64,000 bases of DNA. It comes from Candidatus Azambacteria bacterium (GTDB lineage Bacteria; Patescibacteriota; Minisyncoccia; UBA10092). Made by a program: the position numbers and the translations under genes. Location of the stretch: contig JACRAJ010000001.1 of NCBI GenBank assembly GCA_016213445.1, positions 78,203 through 142,202 of the forward strand, in the 5' to 3' direction. Below are positions 16,410 to 25,209 of this stretch, piece after piece. The notes beneath the pieces are model-generated. The model saw nothing but the letters and a program-made list of their open reading frames with translations, had not been told where the DNA came from and did not search any database. Every line of letters begins with the position of its first letter. Within the stretch, counting starts at the first letter, position 1.

Positions 16410-17987
16410 TTACATTTTAGTTACTATCCCTAATTTGATAAGACGAGATCTAATGGCTCCGCTCGTCCTATTGAATATTCTTGCAAGATCAGAAATGGAT
16501 AAATTTCTTACAAACAGATCTCGTAGTTTATCATCCAGCGATTCGTCCCACGGCAAATAAGCGCTTGGATATTTCTCTCTTATTTTTTTAAAACCAGGTT
16601 GTGTAGAAATTTCTTGCGCGAAGACAGGTGAAAGCTTATTGGTGTTAGGTCCGTAAAATACGGTGTGCATTCCCGCAATAGCGGAATCCGACTGCGCGCG
16701 AAATTCGGCGTCTTTTATTAGTACATACGGATGCACCCGAAAAGCCTGCTCGTTCCAGCCGAGAAGATACAAACCCGAAAGCCGCCTAACGCGCGAAAGC
16801 GCGACATAGCCCTGGCCGAATTCAAACACACTGCTTAAATCCATCACCGCTTCATCTAAGCTCATACCTTGACTCTTATGCACTGTAATCGCCCAAGCAA
16901 GGCGAAGCGGCAATTGGGTGATTCGCGCGCGGATTTTGTTATCTTCTTCCACGGCCCAATCCATGGGCTCAACTTTAATTCGCCTTCCGTTTCGCGTTCT
17001 AACAATTGGATAGCCATTTTCTTTATCAAATTCTTCAACCGCGCCAAGTGTGCCGTTTGCAAAAATTCCTTTTAGGCTATTTTTTGTAAACATCACTGCC
17101 GCGCCAATTTTTAAATACAGCGTCTCCGGAGAAAGACAGCCTTTCTTAAGCGCGGAAATAAGCGCGTCCTGACCTTGTGAAGACATAGAAAATGTCTGCG
17201 GTTTGCCGGAAAGTTTAGCGAGCACTTCATTATTAACGCGGTCTACATCGGCATTATGGGAAAAAAGCTTCGGCACGCCAGTCGGCGCGGCATGAGGATT
17301 AATTTTTCTCGTTTCAATACAGCTTAAGTGATCGCCGTCAAAAATATTATTCCGAATAGCCGAAAGTAAGGCAAGATAATTGTCATCGTCCTGCCGATAT
17401 TGTTCCGTGAGATAACAAACATTTAAATTCGCGCGTTTCCACGCGGGAGAGTAATAAGCAAAGCGAGCCTGCGATTCTTCTCTGCCCAAGGCTGATCCGC
17501 CTTTGGCGGAAATGAGCGCTGTTTGCGTGTTATCTCCCACTTCTGTTTTTACAATCGGCGGTAATTGGAAAAAATCGCCGACTAAAACAATTTGAATACC
17601 CCCGAACGGTTCCGAACTTTGCTTGATTTCGCGGCATACGGCGTCAACCATATCCAAAGTACCGGGAGAAAGCATAGAAACTTCATCTATAATAAGCGTT
17701 TTGGCGCGCTGAACATGTTTTACGATGCGCTTGTTTGCCGCAATTTTATCAAGATCGTATTTTCTCAATCTTGTTTTAATTCCTATGCCGCTCCACGAGT
17801 GAATTGTCATCCCGCCTATGTGCGTCGCGGCGATGCCGGTTGAGGCCGTAATCGCCGGCTCAATGCCGCGCACGCGCAAATATGTCGCGTACTCGTTTAC
17901 AGTATGTGTCTTGCCGGAGCCAGGTTCGCCGGTCAAAAAAACATTCACGCCGGATTTCAATATTGATAGCGCTTGGGATTGAGTCAT
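16410..17987 (-). CDS. SF1B helicase (Pif1/RecD-like) with C-terminal HTH
   Basis: GEPGSGKTH (Walker A), IIDEVSML, VLVGDFFQLPPI and ITVHKSQGMSLD motifs, plus a C-terminal HTH-like ISDLARIFNRTSGAIRSRL. Confidence 0.85.
   Translation of the reverse strand: MTQSQALSILKSGVNVFLTGEPGSGKTHTVNEYATYLRVRGIEPAITASTGIAATHIGGMTIHSWSGIGIKTRLRKYDLDKIAANKRIVKHVQRAKTLIIDEVSMLSPGTLDMVDAVCREIKQSSEPFGGIQIVLVGDFFQLPPIVKTEVGDNTQTALISAKGGSALGREESQARFAYYSPAWKRANLNVCYLTEQYRQDDDNYLALLSAIRNNIFDGDHLSCIETRKINPHAAPTGVPKLFSHNADVDRVNNEVLAKLSGKPQTFSMSSQGQDALISALKKGCLSPETLYLKIGAAVMFTKNSLKGIFANGTLGAVEEFDKENGYPIVRTRNGRRIKVEPMDWAVEEDNKIRARITQLPLRLAWAITVHKSQGMSLDEAVMDLSSVFEFGQGYVALSRVRRLSGLYLLGWNEQAFRVHPYVLIKDAEFRAQSDSAIAGMHTVFYGPNTNKLSPVFAQEISTQPGFKKIREKYPSAYLPWDESLDDKLRDLFVRNLSISDLARIFNRTSGAIRSRLIKLGIVTKM
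17481..17510. repeat. 30-nt double-hairpin palindrome copy (degenerate left half), in frame in the helicase
   Basis: tctgcccaaggctgatccgcctttggcgga encodes SAKGGSALG on the coding strand. Confidence 0.75.
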
Positions 17988-17999
17988 AAAATTTCTGAA

Positions 18000-18842
18000 T
18001 TATAAAAAATAGATATCTTGTCCATAACCTCCAACGCCAAGATACTCTGCTTGTCCTTTTAAAATAGCCTCAAATGGTTTGCATGCAAAACAACCCGCGT
18101 CCCCGCGAGGACAATTAAATGTTTTTTTCTCTCGAGCTTCTTTAACCTGCAAAGCAATCGCGAGAACTTTTTTTCTCGCTTCATTGATGTCGGGTAAAAT
18201 CATATCAACGGGCTTATTGTCTCGATCAAGATACCAATAAGCCGCACCGGAGACCTTGCGCTCTTGTAAGGCATTCAAAAGCAAAAGATAAATTGGAAGT
18301 TGAAGAGAACCCTCGCCCTCATCATGTTTGCCCGTCTTAAAATCAAGAACACGAATACTATTATCTTGTTCAATGTATTCCAGCCAATCAATACGCCCAT
18401 TTAAAATTATGTTTTCTTCTTCGGAAAGAAAAAAATTCGGCGCCATGCCGTTGTGGCTTTCTTTAAGACGAATTATTTTTCGAATGATTGGCCCCGGATT
18501 TTTTATAACCCGCGTCACCATAGCTCTGCCGCGAGCTTTCACTTCAAACTCCTCAATGTCATTCTTAAAGCCCCCCCTTTTTCCCGAGACATCGCCCCAG
18601 GCCTTTTCAAAGTCCGCTAAAAGATCGCAATTAACTCTTTCATTGAAAGGAATGTTTTTTAGCGATTCAAGAGTTGTGTGAACCGCTTGGCCCAGCGAAA
18701 GAGCCGAATTCACAATATTTATTTTTCGCCCCGTTTTAGGGTCTTTATACACATTGCGCAGATAATACGCTCGCGGGCACTTTAAAAAATCCCCTATGGA
18801 GGAATGCGACACCCATATTGCTTCATATTTATTTTGAACCAT
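18000..18842 (-). CDS. PD-(D/E)xK nuclease, Cas4/AddB-like with 4-Cys cluster
   Basis: N-terminal CPRAYYL, a core IDWLEY...VLDFKTGK, and a C-terminal CPRGDAGCFAC. Confidence 0.75.
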   Translation of the reverse strand: MVQNKYEAIWVSHSSIGDFLKCPRAYYLRNVYKDPKTGRKINIVNSALSLGQAVHTTLESLKNIPFNERVNCDLLADFEKAWGDVSGKRGGFKNDIEEFEVKARGRAMVTRVIKNPGPIIRKIIRLKESHNGMAPNFFLSEEENIILNGRIDWLEYIEQDNSIRVLDFKTGKHDEGEGSLQLPIYLLLLNALQERKVSGAAYWYLDRDNKPVDMILPDINEARKKVLAIALQVKEAREKKTFNCPRGDAGCFACKPFEAILKGQAEYLGVGGYGQDIYFL

Positions 18843-18872
18843 ATTTATTTATTTCTCGTCACTAACTCAATT

Positions 18873-19399
18873 TCATCTATTTAAAATCTTCCTTAAAATT
18901 TCCATTTCTTCGATTCCTTTAACTAAATCTTCTTCGGTTACATTAACGGTTTCCCTAGGGTGTCCAATCGAATGACGCGTACTTGAAACCTTAGGATTAT
19001 TCGCGGACTTTAATCTGATGGCAGTTCCACTACTACTTTGATCAATAATCCATTTTTTCAATTCTCCTAATCCCTTGTTGTCATCTGTTATACCCTTTTT
19101 TGTCTTAAATAAATCAAGCACATTCTCATACAATTCAAGAAAATATGTTTTAGTTGGTAAATCAAAAACGAAGTAATTTATTTCTGAAGATGAGTTGTAT
19201 GGCAATAGAAAACTTTCTTTTTTAATTTCTTCGATCTTCGTTGCATCATCGCGATCTTTATTTCTAGAAACTCTATAAATTTTTTGGTCTTTGTTTTGCC
19301 ACTATTATTGACCCCAGCCAGAACCGTATAATTTTCTAAATTTATATTTAGTTCTTCTCTAATGCAACTATCTTTTTCTGCGGGTATTGTTATTTCCAT
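18873..19399 (-). pseudogene. frameshifted/truncated P-loop protein (OLD/AAA-type N-terminus)
   Basis: MEITIP...NLENYTVLAGVNNSGKTKT, then the frame changes at the run acc-aaaaaa-ttt (about 19285). The downstream frame stays open to 18873. Confidence 0.45.
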
Positions 19400-19445
19400 A
19401 TTTATATTACTTTTTATTATCGTATTATTTAAGATACCTGAAAAC

Positions 19446-20228
19446 TTATTTTTTATTAAATCGTTTAAAGTAGGTATCAATTTCACCTCCCAACTCAATG
19501 CCGACTCTCTCAAAGCAGTCGAGTAAATCCTTGTAGGTATTTTTACCTCCAAGAAAATCCCAAAACTCGTCTGCTACTTTAAGCTCATTCTCAAGATCAA
19601 GCATTCCTCGCATTGTCCAGCGAGTATATGGCTCTGGTTCGTAGGGATTGTACGGAATTGCTATAAAAGTATTTATATTCGCATCCGGTTTACTCGCTAA
19701 AACAACAGCAACCCATTCAAGCAAGGTGCGCTTGAACTCTTTAAATCCGCCGGCATTTGGTTTTGCTGTCTTGATATCAAACAAGTAATATGCGTCGTCT
19801 TTTGACTCAAACATTAAATCAACTTTTGTCGGCTTTACTTTAATCATTTCGCCTGTTTGGCAAACTTTCCGTATTCTCTCAATTTCTTCTTTTTTATTCG
19901 GTATGCTTGTTGCTGTAATGAGTCCGTCAATTATCTTCTGAATTTCGGCTTGCGCGGCAGAACTGATTTGATTTCCAGCCGTAGCTTGGGAAACAGCCAT
20001 TTTAAAATTCTTTTGTGCTAGAGCAAGACCAACCGGCTCAAAAATACTCGTGCCAAAATTTGTATTGAGGGAATGAATAAAGGAATACAAAGCAAGTCTA
20101 TCCTTACCGAGTAGTCGTGTATGAAAAGGCATTGATGCCGGTTCTGGTTTATAGTTTTGAAACTTGTTACGCAAACTTGCTTTCAAAACTTTTTCAACGC
20201 TATTTATTTGTTCTTTAGATAAAGCCAT
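19446..20228 (-). CDS. putative type II restriction endonuclease (recalled as TdeIII-like; family unverified)
   Basis: Starts 4 nt after the methyltransferase stop. MPFHTRLLGKDRLALYSFIHSLNTNFGTSIFE and YYLFDIKTAKPN motifs. Confidence 0.5.
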   Translation of the reverse strand: MALSKEQINSVEKVLKASLRNKFQNYKPEPASMPFHTRLLGKDRLALYSFIHSLNTNFGTSIFEPVGLALAQKNFKMAVSQATAGNQISSAAQAEIQKIIDGLITATSIPNKKEEIERIRKVCQTGEMIKVKPTKVDLMFESKDDAYYLFDIKTAKPNAGGFKEFKRTLLEWVAVVLASKPDANINTFIAIPYNPYEPEPYTRWTMRGMLDLENELKVADEFWDFLGGKNTYKDLLDCFERVGIELGGEIDTYFKRFNKK

Positions 20229-20232
20229 GAGT

Positions 20233-21804
20233 TTATATTGGTTTAAAGTGAAAAATTATTTCTGAATACGGATTGCGATCTCGCTCTGTCCGATTCAACA
20301 CAGGCCGTTTAAATTGATTTACAATTCTCATTCCCGACTTCTCTGCAATTTCGGGATAAAGATTATATTTATCATTTGCCACGAGAAAAACATCAAAATC
20401 GTTTTTTAGATATTGTTTACAATTATTTAACACATCCGCAATACCTTGCGCGTATAACCGGCGCGCTTCCAATCCTTGCCCCTTGTAAAGCGGGCCAATC
20501 TCTAAGTCATCTTTACGCTTAAATCCGAGTAGATCGTAAGCATAAGCATGTTGTTCGTGATAATCAATTTGTCCGACATACGGAGGCGAGCAGAAAATAC
20601 CTGCTATTTTTTGATTTTTTAATATTTTAGAAAATTCGGGATTTTGTTCTTCTATTTTTTCAAAAATATTTATAGTCCTTGAATCACCCGCTAAAATAGA
20701 ATAATGAACCGGTTTTCGTAATCTACTAAATTCTATAATTCTACTTAAAGTGTCAAAAGCATAACGATTCAGCATGGTCGCGATGGAGAAAAGCGGCTTA
20801 CATATTTTTTTGTGCTTGTAGCAGTAATAAGTTGTCAGTTGGGGCACTTTGAGAGTCGCTAAATCGCTGTGCGTAGTAGCGCGACATGATCTGATTGTTC
20901 TGCTCAAAATTAAAGCGAGAATTTTTCGTGTTTTTATGTCTTTCTCTTGTCTTATTGTCTTAAAAACATGATCAATTTCTTTGCGCGCGTTTTCTATAAA
21001 CCACTTATCAAGAAATGATAAAGATTTATCCTGCTTTAATTTAATTGAGTATTTCTTGAGTAGTTTTTGATAAATAGGCAAAAATTCTCTTTCTTTCTCT
21101 ATGGCAAATTTATTTTCATCAAAGCTTTTTTGATTAACTTTATATTTGAAGCCATGCCCCGGAAAGTGCACCGAGTTAAATTTGGCAAGTTCAGTCAAAA
21201 GTTCATTTTCAAAATCCTTAATTTTATTGTCATGTTCAAAAGAATTAAGCGAAGCAAGCATTTTTTTAACCGCTTGCTGTAAATATTCATAATCATAATG
21301 CGCCGCCTTACAACTTGCGATCATACAATTAAATTCTGAAACATCTATACCTATAGAATGGATACCTGTTTCAAGCGATTGGATAATAGTTGTCCCAGAG
21401 CCTAAAAATGGGTCTAAAACAATATCCCCGGGTTTAAAATATGTTTCTTTTTTGAAATTGTCAGTATGAGTGTCTATAAAATATTCAACAAGTTGAGGAA
21501 TATATTTACCCTTATATGGGTGTAGTCGATGAACATGCTTTGTAGTATCTACTTCTTTCAAATTATCAAAAGAAAGCGTCCAATTTAAATCATTTCCGAG
21601 CCTTTCTTTCCAACTAATCTCCCTGCTTCTGTATGAATCATAATATTTTTTCAAATCATTTAAATCAACAAGTGTTGAACCATTTCCTCCATGTTTTTTT
21701 ACTTTTCCATATTGAACTAAATAAGAAATATTTGTAGGTAATACTTCTTTATTAAGAAGCGCGGAAGCCCATTTTGATGCCTCAAATATAGACACTAAAT
21801 TCAT
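20233..21804 (-). CDS. DNA methyltransferase, alpha-class order (motif I before motif IV), SPPY type (N4-C or N6-A)
   Basis: DPFLGSGTT (AdoMet motif I) near aa 140 and IFCSPPYVGQIDY (motif IV) near aa 405. Confidence 0.8.
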   Translation of the reverse strand: MNLVSIFEASKWASALLNKEVLPTNISYLVQYGKVKKHGGNGSTLVDLNDLKKYYDSYRSREISWKERLGNDLNWTLSFDNLKEVDTTKHVHRLHPYKGKYIPQLVEYFIDTHTDNFKKETYFKPGDIVLDPFLGSGTTIIQSLETGIHSIGIDVSEFNCMIASCKAAHYDYEYLQQAVKKMLASLNSFEHDNKIKDFENELLTELAKFNSVHFPGHGFKYKVNQKSFDENKFAIEKEREFLPIYQKLLKKYSIKLKQDKSLSFLDKWFIENARKEIDHVFKTIRQEKDIKTRKILALILSRTIRSCRATTHSDLATLKVPQLTTYYCYKHKKICKPLFSIATMLNRYAFDTLSRIIEFSRLRKPVHYSILAGDSRTINIFEKIEEQNPEFSKILKNQKIAGIFCSPPYVGQIDYHEQHAYAYDLLGFKRKDDLEIGPLYKGQGLEARRLYAQGIADVLNNCKQYLKNDFDVFLVANDKYNLYPEIAEKSGMRIVNQFKRPVLNRTERDRNPYSEIIFHFKPI

Positions 21805-22007
21805 ATAAATATTATATCTCAATTTAAAAATTTAAAAAACCTCCAACCGACCCCCATCAAATCGAGCCCTGGAAAGATCGCCTGAAAAGCCCTACAATGC
21901 TTGTATAAGTAAAGTTCTAGAGCGACACACACCGCAGACGATTTTTGCTATCGAGAACCGACTCACTGATGACGTTAGTGAGACCGTGACGCTCGATGCG
22001 AAAACAA

Positions 22008-22044
22008 AATAATACAGCAGAAAAATCTGCTGTATTATTTTTTC
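22008..22044. terminator. bidirectional 13-bp stem terminator
   Basis: aataatacagcag-aaaaat-ctgctgtattatt flanked by A/T runs. Confidence 0.6.
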
Positions 22045-22226
22045 TACTTTTTCTCTATCGTTAGAACTTTCTGCGTTAGGATAAGTTTGCTTTTGATGCA
22101 TGACAACAGCTCTCGCTTTTCAATCACGCTACCCTCGCGCAGAAGGTATTTCGCGTAGCTTCGCAAATCTATATTTTTCTCCGGCTTGAGTTTTTTGGTA
22201 TCCGCGAAGAATTGGGTACCTGCCAA
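22044..22226 (-). pseudogene. C-terminal fragment of a large serine recombinase (family recalled from memory)
   Basis: ...LRSYAKYLLREGSVIEKRELLSCIKSKLILTQKVLTIEKK resembles the conserved tail of zinc-ribbon serine recombinases. No catalytic domain is present. Confidence 0.4.
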
Positions 22227-22287
22227 TATTCATAAAACATTTCTTGTTAAGTCGGTCTCAGGCGATATATTATGAAACAGGAAAAAA

Positions 22288-22306
22288 GGAAGGGTGGCAG
22301 AGCGGA
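22288..22306 (+). pseudogene. displaced 5' fragment of a tRNA-Ser gene
   Basis: ggaagggtggcagagcgga combines the acceptor of the tRNA at 22806 with the D-arm tggcagagcgg of the tRNA at 16259. No anticodon or T arm follows. Confidence 0.6.
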
Positions 22307-22329
22307 CTGGTTTATAGTATACTGGTTAA

Positions 22330-22842
22330 GTGGTCGAGTTGTATAAAAGAAAACCAAATACTAATTGTTTTATCTGCAACAAACCTATTTACAGAAGACC
22401 CTGTGAAATGCAGAAAAACAAAGGACGAGTCTTTTGTAATGCAATTTGTTATGGCATCTCTTGTAGAAAAGAGAATCCTTGTGTAATTTGCGGTAAATTA
22501 ATCTTATCGGGATTGAACAAAAAAACTTGCAGCAGAAGTTGCGCAAATAAACACAGGACGGGGATTAAATACAAAATTAATAGACCAAAAGATAAGGTTA
22601 TATCACAACGAGCTTTAAAAATTAGATTATTAAAAAATAGAGGGAAAAGTTGTGAACGTTGCAACTATGATAAATATGAGATATTGCAAGTCCACCATAA
22701 AAATAGAAACAAAAATGATAATAATATCGATAATCTTGAACTTATTTGCCCAAACTGTCATTTTGAGGAACATTTTTTGGAAAAAAGCTGGTTGAAAAAT
22801 TTTAAGGAAGGGTCGGATAGCGGTTTATTCCACCGCACTTGA
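22330..22842 (+). CDS. HNH endonuclease (free-standing, homing-type) whose 3' end runs 37 nt into tRNA-Ser
   Basis: Multiple CxxC zinc-ribbon pairs and the HNH core EILQVHHKNRNKNDNNIDNLELICPNCH. The start codon is uncertain (GTG/TTG). Confidence 0.75.
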   Translation: MVELYKRKPNTNCFICNKPIYRRPCEMQKNKGRVFCNAICYGISCRKENPCVICGKLILSGLNKKTCSRSCANKHRTGIKYKINRPKDKVISQRALKIRLLKNRGKSCERCNYDKYEILQVHHKNRNKNDNNIDNLELICPNCHFEEHFLEKSWLKNFKEGSDSGLFHRT

Positions 22843-22893
22843 AATGCGGCGTCCCGAAAGGGACCGTGGGTTCGAATCCCACCCCTTCCGCCA
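22806..22893 (+). tRNA. tRNA-Ser (anticodon UGA), CCA encoded
   Basis: Acceptor ggaaggg/cccttcc, anticodon stem-loop ccgca-CTTGAAA-tgcgg, variable arm cgtcccgaaagggacc, T arm gtgggttcgaatcccac, then g-cca. Confidence 0.9.
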
Positions 22894-22948
22894 AGTTTTA
22901 CAATTTCCGGAAAAAGCCTTATATTAATTGCGTTTAATCTTGAAAATT

Positions 22949-23278
22949 ATGTTTAACGAAATAAATCCCCAAGAAGCATACGGCTTGATTAAGCGCCATA
23001 AAAACGATCCGGACTTTTTAATTGTCGACGTAAGAACTCCGCAAGAATTTAAAGAGGGCAGAATAGCCGGCGCTTTGAATTTGGATGTTCAGTCGGATAA
23101 CTTTGAAAGCGAAATCGGGAAGTTTGATAAAAATAAAAGATACATCGTCTATTGCCGCGGCGGGAACAGAAGCCAAATCGCGGCCCAAATGATGTCTGAT
23201 GCGGGATTTGAAAATGTTTCGAATTTAACGGGCGGGATAGTTTTTTGGGAGGAAAACGGCCTTCCGATCGAAAAATAA
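22949..23278 (+). CDS. rhodanese-like sulfurtransferase domain protein
   Basis: Active-site loop YCRGGNRS in a single roughly 110-aa domain. Confidence 0.8.
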   Translation: MFNEINPQEAYGLIKRHKNDPDFLIVDVRTPQEFKEGRIAGALNLDVQSDNFESEIGKFDKNKRYIVYCRGGNRSQIAAQMMSDAGFENVSNLTGGIVFWEENGLPIEK

Positions 23279-23307
23279 ACATCGCCGCGCCGTCGTCGGA
23301 ATTTTTT

Positions 23308-23331
23308 CCGCCTTGCAGAAAGGCGGTTTTT
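23308..23331 (+). terminator. rho-independent terminator
   Basis: ccgcctt-gcaga-aaggcgg followed by ttttt. Confidence 0.65.
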
Positions 23332-23350
23332 GTTGTACAATTTTCAGATT

Positions 23351-24838
23351 ATGCCAAACGCGGAAAATAAAAATTTAATTACCCGACCGCCCGTTGTGGT
23401 TATAATGGGCCACGTTGACCATGGCAAAACCAAACTGCTCGACTACATTCGAAAAACTGCTGTCGCCGAGCGCGAAGCCGGCGGCATTACCCAGCACATC
23501 GGCGCTTACGAAATAATCCATAAAAATCGAAAAATCACTTTTTTGGACACGCCGGGCCACGAAGCTTTTTCAAAACTGCGAGGCCGCGGCGCCAAAGCGG
23601 CGGATATCGCCGTGCTTGTCATTGCCGCCGACGACGGCATAAAGCCTCAAACCCTTGAAGCCCTGCAGCACATAAAAACGGCGAATTTGCCGTTCATCGT
23701 AGCAATAAATAAAATAGACAAACCCGGAGCCAATCCCGAAAAGGTAAAAAAAGAACTGGCTGAAAATGACGTTTTGGTTGAATCATGGGGCGGCAAAATT
23801 CCTTCGGTGGAAATTTCCGCGAAAGAAGGCACAAATATCAATGAACTTTTAAACCTTATAGAACTGCTGGCGGATTTGAGCGAACTGAAAGCCGATCCAA
23901 GCAAAAACGCGGAAGGCATAGTTATTGAAACGCATCTCGACCCGCGGCGCGGAATAGTCGCCTCGCTTCTCATTTTAAACGGAACGTTGAAAACCGGTAA
24001 TTATATTCTATCCGGCGAAGCTTCGGGAAAAATAAAAATACTTGAAGATTTCAGGGGTGAAAAAATAAAAAGCGCGTCGTTTTCTTCTCCGGTTTTGATG
24101 ACCGGCTTCGCCGCGTTGCCGATTGTCGGAGAAAAATTCGCCGCTTCCGAAATTCCTTTTTCTGCGGCTTTAAAAATCGCAAAAAAAATCGGCGAATACA
24201 TCGGCGAATCTTTTGGCGCCGAAATGAAAACCGGCGTTAATTTGGTGAAAATAATAATCAAAGCCGATGTGCAAAGCTCGGCTGAAGCGCTGAAAGAAAG
24301 CTTGGAAAAAATTCCGCTGGAAAACGGCGCCGTAAAAATCATCAAATCCGAAACCGGAAATGTTAATGAAAGCGATTTTAAAATGGCCGATTTAAGCGAC
24401 GCGCTGATTATCGCTTTTAACGTGAAAACCGACGCCGCAATGCCCTATATCGCCGAAAAACAGAAAGAAAATTTAATTTCGGGAAATATTATTTACGATG
24501 TTCTGGACAGGGTAAAGGTTATAATTGAAAAAAAATTAAAACCGAAAATTGAACGCGAAGAAACCGGAAGATTAAACGTTTTGGCGGTTTTCAGGCAAGA
24601 AAAAAATCGCCAGGTTTTAGGCGGAAAAGTTGTTTCGGGCGAAATAGTAAAGGGAACGCGAACGGAAATTTTGAGAAACGAAACTATAATCGGCCAAGGG
24701 CGCATAATAAGTTTGCAATCGGACAAAAAAGAAACCGGAAAGGTTGAAGCCGGCCGCGAAGCCGGCCTTGCCGTTGATTTCGGCGAACCGAAAATCGCCG
24801 CCGGCGACACGCTTATCTTTTTCAAGAAAATGCAATAA
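23351..24838 (+). CDS. infB: translation initiation factor IF-2 (short form)
   Basis: [25 protein letters not shown] and NKID G-domain motifs, with the C-terminal domains present. Confidence 0.95.
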   Translation: MPNAENKNLITRPPVVVIMGHVDHGKTKLLDYIRKTAVAEREAGGITQHIGAYEIIHKNRKITFLDTPGHEAFSKLRGRGAKAADIAVLVIAADDGIKPQTLEALQHIKTANLPFIVAINKIDKPGANPEKVKKELAENDVLVESWGGKIPSVEISAKEGTNINELLNLIELLADLSELKADPSKNAEGIVIETHLDPRRGIVASLLILNGTLKTGNYILSGEASGKIKILEDFRGEKIKSASFSSPVLMTGFAALPIVGEKFAASEIPFSAALKIAKKIGEYIGESFGAEMKTGVNLVKIIIKADVQSSAEALKESLEKIPLENGAVKIIKSETGNVNESDFKMADLSDALIIAFNVKTDAAMPYIAEKQKENLISGNIIYDVLDRVKVIIEKKLKPKIEREETGRLNVLAVFRQEKNRQVLGGKVVSGEIVKGTRTEILRNETIIGQGRIISLQSDKKETGKVEAGREAGLAVDFGEPKIAAGDTLIFFKKMQ

Positions 24839-24846
24839 AATAAACT

Positions 24847-25197
24847 ATGGCCCAAGAACGCGCTTTAAGATTCAACGAGTTGATTAAAAAAGAACTTGGC
24901 AAAATCATTTCCAATTTTTTAGATGTCGAGCCCGGCGTTTTAGTTACCGTTACCCGCGTTTCAACCAATCCTAATTTATTTACCGCCGATGTTTTTGTAA
25001 GCGTTTATCCTCCTTCCGGAGCCGAGAAAATTTTAGAAAAATTAAACCGCTCGATTTACCAAATTCAGCAATCGCTTAATAAAAAAATGGAAGTGCGGCC
25101 CGTGCCGAAAATCTCCTTTAAATATGACGCGAATCCCGAAGCGGCCGGCGAAGTGGAAAAATTATTGGAAGAAATAAAAAAAGAAAATCGGGAATAG
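24847..25197 (+). CDS. rbfA: ribosome-binding factor A
   Basis: 116 aa, sits after infB, with an RbfA-like N-terminus RFNELIKKELGKIIS. Confidence 0.8.
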   Translation: MAQERALRFNELIKKELGKIISNFLDVEPGVLVTVTRVSTNPNLFTADVFVSVYPPSGAEKILEKLNRSIYQIQQSLNKKMEVRPVPKISFKYDANPEAAGEVEKLLEEIKKENRE

Positions 25198-25209
25198 GCC
25201 GAAAATAAA

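Noticed and set aside
21966-22003. CUGAUGA ... GAAA spacing reminiscent of a hammerhead ribozyme core.
   Set aside because: The helix II closing pair is wrong (C/C). Eight extra nucleotides separate the helix from GAAA. No helix I or III partner or cleavage-site strand could be drawn.
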